Assembly: GCA_038087875.1 (NCBI GenBank)
Contig: CM075993.1
Coordinates: 870,001-934,000 of the forward strand
Reading direction: 5' to 3'
Source: Malacoraja senta
Lineage: Eukaryota
Length of the DNA: 64,000 nucleotides
Shown here: piece after piece, positions 52,943 to 64,000 of the stretch
How the letters are laid out: the number at the start of each line of letters is the position of its first letter
How positions within the stretch are numbered: position 1 is the first letter of the stretch
Notes under the pieces: model-generated
The model's database searches: none
Told to the model about the DNA's origin: nothing
The model's input: only the letters and a program-made list of their open reading frames with translations
Made by a program: the position numbers and the translations under genes

Positions 52943-53698
52943 AAAGTTCAAAGAGTGGTTTCATTGAAGATTCCCTTTACAGATACTGTGGAGTAAATGT
53001 AACCAGTTGAAGCATGTGACAGCTGGAGAGAAGGGGAAATCAATACGACCCATCACACCTTCAAGGCCGCCTTGGAATCCCTGAGAAATCTAACAATTAA
53101 TCTCCTGGGTCAGTAAACTGGGAAAAAAATCAAAAAGAAACAATAAAATGATTTTATTTCTTGGAGCCTATTTGTAAAAAATATTGGAGATTGGGAAGCT
53201 GAGCAAATATTCATGGAAAACTCCTTTTCATCTTTAAAGCCTCACAAAATCTTCTCATGGGCAAAATCTTCGGCAGATTCGGCCACCCCGGGCCGCGGAG
53301 TTTGAACCGGCCCGTCGCGGAGCGGAGCACGGATTCAGCCGCGGGACTGGCTTACCATCACCCGGCGGGGTCACAACATCAGAAGCCTGGATCGCCTCAG
53401 CGCAGAGGGAGAACAAAGAGGGAAGAGACAGAGACTTTAAGACTTTTGCCTCCATCACAGTGAGGAGGTGCCTGGTGAACTCACTGTGGTGGATGTTAAT
53501 TTGTGTTTATTGTGTGTTTTGTTATTTATTATTATATGTATGACTGCAGGCAACGAAGTTTCGTTCAGACCGAAAGGTCTGAATGACAATAAAGGAATCT
53601 ATCTATCTATCTATCTATCTATCTGGCAGAACTGGCAACCTGGCATTGAAAAATGGTGGGGGTTCTCAGCAAGTCGCAAGGCTGGGATCGAGGCTCCA

Positions 53699-54093
53699 GA
53701 TGCATAAGACGTGTGTGTTTATAGCATGGTCTCTGGTGCTGATGGTTTGACATTGACATGAATGAGTTTATTGTGGCCAAGTATGTACACTGATGACAAG
53801 GAATTTGCCTTGGTGCTCCGCTCGCAAGTACAGACACGACCTAGCAGTGACACATTAAACATTAAAGTGCATAACTTGCCAGAAGTGCACTGATGAAATC
53901 CTGGCTCTGAGGGAGACTGGCAAGTTATGCACTTTAATGTTTAATGTGTCACTGTAGGTCGTGTTGTACTTGCGAGCGGAGCACCAAGGCAAATTCCTTG
54001 TATGTGTACATACTTGGCCAATAAACTCATTCATGTCAATGTCAAACCATCAGCACCAGAGACCATGCTATAAACACACACGTCTTATGCATC
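53699..54093. repeat. Long inverted repeat (about 180-bp arms, 34-bp spacer)
   Basis: 53699-53882 is the reverse complement of 53917-54093 apart from a few small indels. Confidence 0.92.
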
Positions 54094-55096
54094 ATGAGCT
54101 TCCCCAAGCTGCTATGTGCACGGGCTTAGGGAACCTTTGCTTGCTTTTCGTTGCACTTAAATCCTTTTCCAACATCTCTACTTCCCTTCCACCATTGTTT
54201 CACCACCTTGGCTTCTCGGTAAGCTCGCGGTAGCTACTGCAGAATGCTGTTGTCTACTCAAGGTCAGTGCATCAGTGGATGAAGTCAGTGGCACTGGAAT
54301 CAAATAATGAAACATTTGTCTGCCTGCCTGCCTCTCGCAGAGTGCATTGCTATTCCTGGACAAATGCCCCACAATATCCTCTTCAATGTTGAAGACTTTT
54401 TAATAACAAAAAACTCAATGAAATGTAAAGGAAACATTTGAAATTGAAAGCATATTGGTTTGCACGAACACTCACTGATTTTATTAAAGTTCTTGAATTA
54501 ACTTGTCATTTTAGTGACATTGCTGACGGTTTTCAGAGCAACCTGAAATTACTTTAAAGAAAATCACGCATAGAAACATAGACAATAGATGCAGGAGGAG
54601 GCCATTTGGCCCTTCAAGTCAGCACTGCCATTCATTGTGATCATGGCTGACCATCCACAATCAGTACCCCATTCCTGCCTTCTCCCCATTTCCTTTAAGA
54701 GTTTTACATGTAACAACCTTCGATAGGTTCACCTCACAAACCACCTGCTTTTGTATGCGATTGTTTACTCAATACACCTGCCACGACCCCTATTACCGTC
54801 AGTTTGCTGAGTCCCTGCTTTCACTAAAACTCCTGACAAAGGGCTTTCCATCTCATGCATTTGTCATTCAAGGACAGCACAATAGATAATAGCAGAGAAA
54901 GGTCTCCTCCATTGTCAGAGTGAGGCCAAATGCAAATTGGAGGAACAGTATCTCATATCTCGCTTGGGACTTACAGCCCAGTGGTATGAATATTGATTTT
55001 TCTAACCAAATAACTCCTGCATTCCCTCTCTCTCTATCCCTCCCCCACCCAAGTCGCACCAGCTTCTCGTTCTCACCCAACAAACATTTAACAATG

Positions 55097-55722
55097 TGTT
55101 AAAGAAGGAACTGCAGATGCTGGAAAATCGAAGGTACACAAAAATGCTGGAGAAACTCAGCGGGTGCAGCAGCATCTATGGAGCGAAGGAAATAGGTAAC
55201 GTTTCGGGCCGAAACCCAACCTCATCTATTGCATTCGCTGCTCTAGATGCCAGCTGATCTACATCGGTGAGACCAAGCGGAGGCTTGGCGATCGTTTCGC
55301 CGAACACCTCCGGTCGGTCCGCAATAACCAACCTGAACTCCCGGTGGCTCAGCACTTCAACTCTCCCTCCCATTCCGTATCTGACCTCTCTGTCCTGGGT
55401 CTCCTCCATGGCCACAGCGAGCAACACCGTAAATTGGAGGAAATGCACCTCATATTCCGCTTGGGCAGTCTACATCCTGGTGGCCTGAACGTTGAATTCT
55501 CCCAATTCTGCTAGCCCTGGCTGTCCCCTCCCCTTCATCAGCCATCTGGTTGTCTCCTCCCCTCCCCCAGCCCTCGGGCTCCTCCTCCGCCTTTTCCTTT
55601 TTTCCTTTCTTCTCCCCACCCCCTATCAGTCTGAAGAAGGGTTTCGGCCCGAAACGTTGCCTATTTCCTTCGCTCCATAGATGCTGCTGCACCCGCTGAG
55701 TTTCTCCAGCATTTTTGTGTAC
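55097..55722 (+). mobile_element. Penelope-like insertion with 5' inverted terminal repeat, nested in an older Penelope copy (about 54900-55935)
   Basis: 16-bp direct repeat CAAACATTTAACAATG at 55081-55096 and 55723-55738; inverted terminal repeat at 55097-55218; GIY-YIG remnant; direct terminal repeat. Confidence 0.85.
55631..55658 (+). ncRNA. Minimal type I hammerhead ribozyme core
   Basis: CTGAAGA-A-GGGT(TTCG)GCCC-GAAAC-GTT. Confidence 0.6.
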
Positions 55723-55844
55723 CAAACATTTAACAATGGCCTGTTTCCTTTCTCATTGTTACTTTTTTGCATATCTTTCATTCATTGTTCTTTATCTCTC
55801 CACATCACCGTCTATATCTCTCATTTCCCTTATCCCTAACTAGT

Positions 55845-55872
55845 CTGAAGAAGGGTCTCAACCCGAAACGTC
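55845..55872 (+). ncRNA. Minimal type I hammerhead ribozyme core
   Basis: CTGAAGA-A-GGGT(CTCA)ACCC-GAAAC-GTC. Confidence 0.6.
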
Positions 55873-56734
55873 GCCCATTCCTACTGTCCAGAGATGCTTC
55901 CTGTCCCGCTGAGTTACTCCAGCATTTAGTGTCTATACCAGAGGACAGAGCAGGCACTGGGTGTGGAGCTAACACCACCTCTCAAACTCTCTCCACACCA
56001 GAGTTGGAGCTGGGGAGGTTTGCATCCAGCTCGCCGTGATCACCTCCGTAAATGAGAACGAGAGGAAAGGTTTTAGAGCAGTTGCCACAGTATCCGATCT
56101 TGCTCCGCCAACTCTTCCTGCTCACAGTATAAGGGGCCAGCCAGTAATGGCCGGTGCTACAGACTCAGTAACATGGCATTAAAAATAAATAATATGCTTA
56201 TGCAGGCCTTATCAGAGAGGGGGCGAGGAGTGCCATTTGGCACGGGCCTCATGCCTGTCTGTCTGCTTCAGACATCTTGATTGGGGGCCTCTAAAATTGA
56301 AACTGCCCTGGGCCTCAGTTCATCTATCGGATGGCCTGTGCTTATGCAATATCAACATTGACTAATGAAGGGGGATTTAATTTGGACACATCTCATAGAG
56401 GTTGCCCCGGATGGTACCTTTGCTTGTAGGCTTGAGATATAGGAGGAGATTGGATAGGCCGTGACATTTTTCTTTAGAGTGTAGGAGGCTGCGGACTGAC
56501 TTTATTGAGGTCTATGGAATCATGAGGGGCACGGATAAAGTGAACGCTCGCTGTCTATTCCCCGGGGGAGAGGATTCTAAAACTAGAGGGCACAGGCTTG
56601 AGATGAGAGGAGGGGGAGGTTTAGGAAGGACCTCAGGGGCAACAACCACTTAGAGGGACTGAGCTGCCAGGAGAAGCTATACACTATTAAAAAACATTTT
56701 GAAATACCATTTTGTGGAAATATGGATAAGAAGG

Positions 56735-59700
56735 TAGACCTTCATCCCAGAGACATTAGGTTAGACAAACTAGCTACCAATGTCTGACTATGGGAGTGTG
56801 TAGGGGGTCACCTGAAATGAACGGAATTTGGAGACTGCCGGGTACCACCCACTGCGTGTAGACCTGGGGGACCCCCCCAAGGGGCCAAAAAATGGGGGCT
56901 AAATAGATGAGTGAGGTACCACTTCAATCCACTACCATGGTGTGCTCACTGCCACACCTATATCAACAACACAAACGGCAGACAATTATCCCGCTGCAAA
57001 AGGCCCGCCAGACCCCCCACAAAGGGCCTAAAAATGGGCTAGAATATAGACGAGCAAGGTACCACTCAAAAAATGCCAAATGAACAAGTTGGGTTCATAG
57101 AGTACAAAATGGGTTACGCCAGACAAATAGCCCGCTGCACTACAGGTACCAGACACCCCCAAAAATGGCCACCCTCGACCCTGCTGTCCAACTAGTCTAG
57201 CCTAGATATTGTGGGTACCAGTTGAAACCAAGTTTAAATGATCTACCACAGCATGGGGGATATAAAATGACCCATGAGAGAACAATTATCTGCTGCATTG
57301 GGTCTACCAGACCCCCTTAATGGGCCCATGGGTCAATCTAGGCTAGCCTAGATATTAAAGGTACCGGCTAAAACCAGGTTCAGATGATCAATCACAGCCT
57401 AGGAAATACAAAATGACCCATGCCAGAATGATAACCCATTGCCTTGGCCTTACCAGACCCCCCCCCCCCCCCAATAAGTCCTTGGGCCCAAGTAGGCTAG
57501 TCTAGGTATTAAAGATATGAGCTGAATGAACCAGGTTTATATGATCAACCACAACCTTCAGCTGGTGAATACATAGTGACTCGTGTCAAAAAATTGACCA
57601 CTTTATCGACCATTTCCACACCCGCCCACTTCAATGAGAAAAGAGGGACAAGAGGCTAATAGTGGGTATAAACTGTCCTATTTGGCTTTCTATATATTTG
57701 GCCATTTGGCTGAATGCGGTGACAAGCTCTCCTTAGCTGCAGCCAAACAATATATCAACATCGGATTGGATGGAAGTTTTTGCAGTAGAGAGTCACCGTT
57801 TATGGCTGTTGTTTTATATAATGCAGGGATATCATGCATGATTCAGTTATAGTTCACTCGATCATTTACGTTAGTTAAAACCAATGCCATGCCCAGAGCA
57901 CATGGCCTGCAGAGAGGTACACGTGGTTAGGATTAAGTACCAAGCCCTGTGGAATTTGTGCTATGTAGGCCTTAGTACAATATAAGCTGGAATATTCTGT
58001 TATTTGATGATGATTTATCTTAAATAGGGATGGACTTTAATTTGATAAGGTGACAGAGTCATCTCCCGTCTTTAAGAAAAACTGCAGAAAGTCGTATCGG
58101 ACATCCTACAGTATGGACACAATTACAATATCAGTAGTGATGTAGTGAGTGTATGCTTCAAATATTCAACTCAACTATGTTGTTTACTGTCAGGCTCAAT
58201 ATGTGCCATTATGGGATGTTTTATCTGTGGCATGGGCAGCAAATAGTTTGAAGATACTTGTTCTGTACTTTCCATTCAGTCTCGTGTTTAAAATTGTAAG
58301 TATGAATTTTGGAACATTTGCAATATTTACTTACCCATCTATCACGGATGAAAAAGATCATTGCTACAATAATGTTAATTTTTTAGTGATTCATAAACTG
58401 ATAATTAGTTATTTATGCTTGTTAGGTTTACCACCCTGAACCAAACTAATATAAAAATACTTCGATGACCTAGGTTTTTAAACTTTTCTACATTCAAATG
58501 GAGGAACAAGCTTTGAAGGAGAGTATTTTTCGTCCACATTGTTCTCCCATTAAAAGCTCTTTAGTGCATTTCAGGCAACTGACCAAACCTAGCTAGTATT
58601 AGTAGTAAGACAATCTACATGGATTGTCCTGTAAACTCTAATGATTTACCATTTCATTACGCTACCAGGAAATCATATCACGCAATGAGTTAGAAATAAA
58701 TGCAAAAATGAGCATTTTGGGGCATATTTGTGATTTTTCTTAACACCTCCATGCGCAGCCCACTACATTTTCCACATGGTTGTGAAGATCATATCATCTA
58801 TATTAAAACATATATAAAACTTAGAAACAGATATTATCTAAATGGTGGCCGACTAGGAAAAGGGGAGATGCAGCGAGACCTGGGTGTCATGGTACACCAG
58901 TCATTGAAAGTAGGCATGCAGGTGCAGCAGGCAGTGAAGAAAGCGAATGGTATGTTAGCTTTCATAGCAAAAGGATTTGAGTATAGGAGCAGGGAGGTTC
59001 TACTGCAGTTGTACAGGGTCTTGGTGAGACCACACCTGGAGTATTGCGTACAGTTTTGGTCTCCAAATCTGAGGAAGGTCATTATTGCCATAGAGGGAGT
59101 GCAGAGAAGGTTCACCAGACTGATTCCTGGGATGTCAGGACTGTCTTATGAAGAAAGACTGGATAGACTTGGTTTATACTCTCTAGAATTTAGGAGATTG
59201 AGAGGGGATCTTATAGAAACGTACAAAATTCTTAAGGGGTTGGACAGGCTAGATGCAGGAAGATTGCTCCCGATGTTGGGGAAGTCCAGGACAAGGGGTC
59301 ACAGCTTAAGGACAAGGGGGAAATCCTTTAAAACCGAGATGAGAAGAACTTTTTTCACACAGAGAGTGGTGAATCTCTGGAACTCTCTGCCACAGAGGGT
59401 AGTTGAGGCCAGTTCATTGGCTATATTTAAGAGGAGTTAGATGTGGCCCTTGTGGCTAAAGGGATCAGAGGGTATGGAGAGAAGGCAGGTACGGGATACT
59501 GAGTTGGATGATCAGCCATGATCATATTGAATGGCGGTGCAGGCTCGAAGGGCCGAATGGCCTACTCCTGCACCTAATTTCTATGTTTCTATGTTTCTAT
59601 GTTTCTATATCAAGCTAATTTTTTTCGAAATTGCAAAAAATGTCCCAGCTGTTCACTTTTTGCCAATTTTGCGAATGACAACTTCAGACTGATTTTGGTT

Positions 59701-60512
59701 CAAACTGTTTGATTTGAAATGGCCATGTCTAAGAACTGAGTAACGGGTAGACCCAGTTTTCTTTTCAGAAATATTCTCAGGTAAACATATTGAAGTGCAG
59801 AATATGTTACACAATTTGGAGTTAATATCTTTCGAATTTAAAGGTTTAATGTAACATAACAGAATAAATAGTCCTTCAGGGGTAGGGTTAACATTTGAGT
59901 CTGTTACTCTTTAATGAATCATTCCTTACACAAGTACATTAATAATCAACTTTAAAAATACATTGGGCCATATACAAATGAACTAGGGACCAACATGACA
60001 ATGTTTGCCATCGGGCTAAATGTTTGTTTTAAATGATCAATCACACCTTGGGGAATACAAAATGACGATGCAGAAGAATTATCTGCTGCCTTGTGCCTAT
60101 CAGCCCCCCCCCCCCGCCCCCCACCCCCCCAGTTAAGGGACTATTTGAGGAGTCTGGTAAGGCCAAGGCAATGGGTTATTATTCTGGCATGGGTCATTTT
60201 GTATTTCCTAGGCTGTGATTGATCATCTAAACCTGGTTTTAGCCGGTACCTTTAATATCTAGGCTAGCCTAGATGGGCCCAAGGGTCCATTTAGGGGGTC
60301 TGGTAGGTCCAATGCAGCAGATTGTTCTGTCATAGGTCATTTTATATCCCTCAAGGTTCATTTAAACTTGGGGGGTCCCCCAGGTCTACACGCAGCGGGT
60401 GGTACCCGGCAGACTCCAAATTCCGTTCATTTCAGGTGACCCCCTACACACTCCCAAAGTCAGACATTGGTAGCTAGTTCGTCTAACCTAATGTCTCTGG
60501 GCTGAAGGTCTA
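56735..60512. mobile_element. Long-TIR non-autonomous DNA transposon (Academ-like termini)
   Basis: TAGACCTTCATCCCAGAGACATTAGG... mirrored by ...CCTAATGTCTCTGGGCTGAAGGTCTA; about 145-bp outer and 200-bp inner inverted blocks; inferred 3-bp TSD AGG. Confidence 0.75.
58830..59608 (+). mobile_element. CR1-type LINE 3' fragment inside the long-TIR element
   Basis: Same protein motifs as the 45-kb copy; (TTTCTATG)n tail. Confidence 0.92.
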
Positions 60513-60513
60513 A

Positions 60514-60726
60514 AGGGCCTGTCCCACTTGGGCATCATTTGCACGTCACGCAGGTGGCGCGCGAGGATTTTGAGCATGCTGCCTAAGTCACCACGTCTCA
60601 CCCCGCGCCATGCGCGTGTAATGCACGCCATGCGCGCGTAATGTACGCAATGCGCATCTTGCGTCGTGACGCGTGAATGATGTCGCGTAAATGACGCGCA
60701 AATAACGCCCAAGTGGGACAGGCCCT
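60514..60726. mobile_element. Harbinger-like MITE at the right end of the long-TIR element
   Basis: TIRs AGGGCCTGTCCCACTTGGGC / GCCCAAGTGGGACAGGCCCT; flanks TAA and TGA. Confidence 0.8.
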
Positions 60727-63537
60727 TGAGGATTTAGAGGGCTACGGGCCAAATGCAGGCAAGCAGGACGAGCTCGATACGCAAACTTGTTCGGCATGGA
60801 CACAATGGGACCAAGAGTCTGTTTCTGTGCTACACTGCTCCATGGTTTTATCTTGAAGCTGTAACCAACAGAATGGATAATTAATACCCAGTAGGTGAAG
60901 TGTCGTAGCGTTTGTTTGCCAGAGGTTTTTGATAAGGTGCTGCACAAAAGATTGTTATGCAAAATAAAAGGTTGCAGTGAGGGGAAACGCATTAGCCTGG
61001 AGAGAGGATTGATTAGTATAGTGTAGAAAAGCATGGGTTATTTTGAGGTTGCTAGACTGTTACTAACAGAGTGATGGAGAGGTTCCCACTGGGGCTTGAG
61101 TTTGTTACAGTCAATATTATTTTCCTGGATAAAGAATATGAAGCAGTGCGGTTTCTGTGACTGTGGCCGCTGGACAATAAACCTGCTCTTCTAGAAAGTC
61201 AGAAACTAGATTTTCAGATTTTTATGATATCAAAAAAGACTACTGAAGTTTAAAATATAAAATGTGGTAATTAAATTGGGCAGTCAGGACCTGAGGCAGC
61301 TTATCGAATGGTGATACACCATGGGCAGCAACAGCAAGCAATGATAAGTATATAGGCACCTTTGTGTCTGCAGAGAAACATTGTTATAAAGAACATATCA
61401 ACTTGAAGAGAGACACAAGAAGCTGGAGTAACTCAGCGGGACAGGCAGCATCTCTTGGAGAGAAGGAATGGGTGATATTGCGGGTCGAGACCCTTCCCGA
61501 AACGTCACCCAATCCTTCTCTCCAGGGACGCTGCCTGTCCCGCTGAGTTACTCCAGCTTTTTGTGTCTGTCTTCGGTTGAAACCAGCATCTGCAGTTCCT
61601 TCCAACATATCAAAGTGTGCTGGCCAAACAAACCGGGTGGAAAAGTGCATTGTTCTGAGACAGGACCTAGAGAAGGAAGATGGTTAAAAAGGACACAGAG
61701 TGCTGGAAGTAACTCAGAGGGTCAGGCAGCATCCCTGGTGCCATCTTCCTGGAGGCTTTGGACCCGGCTTCAGACAGATTGAAAGGGGGGAAGGAAGCGG
61801 GGAGAGAGGAAGGACTGGACATAGGTGATCACAGGTGAGCTGGGCTTTTGACAAAGGCCGGAGATGACAAAACAGACGGGGTGAGACAAAAGGATTGGTG
61901 TTGCAAATTGTGAAGCTAGAGGAAGGAATGCAGTTGGAGGGGGAGGGGCGAAGTATGTGCGAGTCCAGGTGGGAGATGGGGCAGAGAGCAAGGAGGGGGG
62001 TGAGGAGGAGAATGGGGAGGGGGAGAGGGGGTTGTTAGAGGTTACCTAAAATCCGGCCCAGATAGTGGGGGTCCTTGATGATCGATGCTGTCTTCTTGGG
62101 GCAGCGCTTAATGGAGCTGCTTTCAATTCAGGAGAGGGCTGTGCCCATGGTGGACTGAGCTCAGCCCACCACTCGAATGGCTTTAGTTTAGTTTGTGCAT
62201 CGAGGTACAGTGAAAAGCTTTTTTATAGACAATAGACAATAAACAATAGACAATAGGAGCAGGTGTAGGCCATTCGGCCCTTCGAGCCAGCACCGCCATT
62301 CGATGTGATCATGGCTGATCATCCCCAATCAGTACCCCGTTCCTGCCTTCTCCCCATATCCCCTGACTCCGCTATCTTTAAGAGCCCTATCTAGCTCTCT
62401 CTTGAAAGTATCCAGCGAACCGGCCTCCACCGCCCTCTGAGGCAGAGAATTCCACAGACTCACCACTCTCTGTGAGAAAAAGTGTTTCCTCATCTCCGTT
62501 CTAAATGGCTTTTTGTTGCATGCTATCCCAGTCAGTGAAAAGACCGTACATGATTACAATCAAACTGTCCACGGTGTACAGATACAGGGTCAAGAGAATA
62601 ACATTTAACACAATAAAGTACAGTCTGGTCCAATTAAAGATAGACCAAGAGTCTCCAATGATGGACTGCTCTCTGGTTAGTGACTGGGTGACAAGAGGCT
62701 TGTTGTAGCCTCTTGTGTTCCCGTGTATTGGAATTGTTGCACCAGGCCACGATGCAGCCAGTTAGAATAGTTTCACCATGCATCTGTAAAAGTGGGAGCA
62801 TTCAGAGAAATATCAAAACTCTTTAATCTTCCGAGAGAGTGGAGCCGTTGGGTAGGTAGATAAGGTGATTAAGAAGGCAAGCGAGATACTTGCCTTTATC
62901 AACAGACATGAAATGCTGAAGTAGAACTGTTAAACTGGAACTGTATATTAACGAGGCCACAGCCACTGGGAGGATGTGTAAATACTGGAGAGGTTACACG
63001 ATAGATTTATGAGCCTGTGGCTTGGAGTAGAGAATTTTGATTATGAGAGGAGATTGGCTAAGCTTGGTCGTTTAAACAGGATCATGAAAGCAAGGGATAA
63101 TTTAGTTTTAAAATCATTGACTGAATCTTATTGCTGTGGCTAGCAGTTCCAGAGGGACCCATCCAGCCTTCAGATGTTCTCCAACAAGGAACTTGTGGGC
63201 TCACTGCAAGTCCAGGACATGCTGGGGACAGCCACCAACACTCTACATGGGAAGACCATCCCTCCAATCCCACACCATGGAGTCCCCATGCATTTGACTT
63301 GGGATTCCTAACCTGGACTATAGACAATATGTGCAGGAGTAGGCCATTCGGCCCTTTGAGCCAGCACCGCCATTCAATGTGATCATGGCTGATCATCCCC
63401 AATCAGTACCCCGTTCCTGCCTTCTCCCCATATCCCCTGACTCCGCCATCTTTAACTCTATCTAACTCTCTCTTGAAAGCATCCAGAGAACTGGCCTCCA
63501 CAGAAAATCCCACAGAGACTAAACTAAGTTCTATTTA

Positions 63538-63800
63538 ATAGTTTAGAGATACAGCATGGAAGCAGGTCCTTCGGCTTCCTGAATCTACGCTGACCATCGA
63601 TCACCCGTTCCCACGAGTTCTGTTACCCACTTGCACGACTTTGGGATGTGGGAGGAAACCGGAGCACCTGGAGGAAACCCACATGGTCCCAGGGAGAACG
63701 TGCAAACTCCACACATAGATGGTGCCCGAAGTGAGGAGTGAACCCGGGGTGTCGGGTGCTGTGAGGCAGTGCCCTCCCCCCCGCTGCACCACTGTGCTGC
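63538..63800 (-). mobile_element. V-SINE (HE1-like)
   Basis: Same family in reverse orientation. Confidence 0.75.
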
Positions 63801-64000
63801 TGGTAGAAGAAATGTGGAAAATAAGTCATTTTTAAATTTATTTCTAAATATTTCAATTTTTTGACCTTTTAAATTAAAAAAAACACTATTCTCACCCTGC
63901 TGTCAATGCAAGCCAGCAGGACGAGGGCAGGTGGGGGCGTGTGATCTACTCACCATGAAACCTCATTATGTCTTTCACACCTGCCACTTGCCACAGGTAA

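Overview
Vertebrate genomic DNA with spliced genes and dense repeats. The repeat content (V-SINE/HE1-like SINEs, CR1 LINE tails, many Penelope-like fragments) suggests a cartilaginous fish, probably a skate or ray; this is inference. 1083-10557 (+) holds the last 11 coding exons of SNX1 (PX-BAR sorting nexin), all GT-AG and phase-consistent; the 5' exons lie outside the window. 15277-24614 (+) holds a divergent SNX22-type PX gene with a CpG-island promoter, four clear exons and a probable terminal exon beyond a 200-N gap. I recognise no host gene in 25.2-64 kb, which is a mosaic of nested transposons: CR1, L2, Penelope-like elements, Harbinger-like MITEs and a 3.8-kb long-TIR (Academ-like) element. 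An apparently young Tc1 DD34E transposase lies in the SNX22 intron. Main findings: (1) many minimal hammerhead-ribozyme cores (CUGAAGA-stem II-GAAAC-GUH) in Penelope terminal repeats, including two intact cores 214 nt apart and short fold-back insertions with 10-14 bp TSDs; (2) the long-TIR element with multi-level nesting; (3) a 395-bp hairpin; (4) an 8-copy splice-donor array near a recursive-splice-like site.
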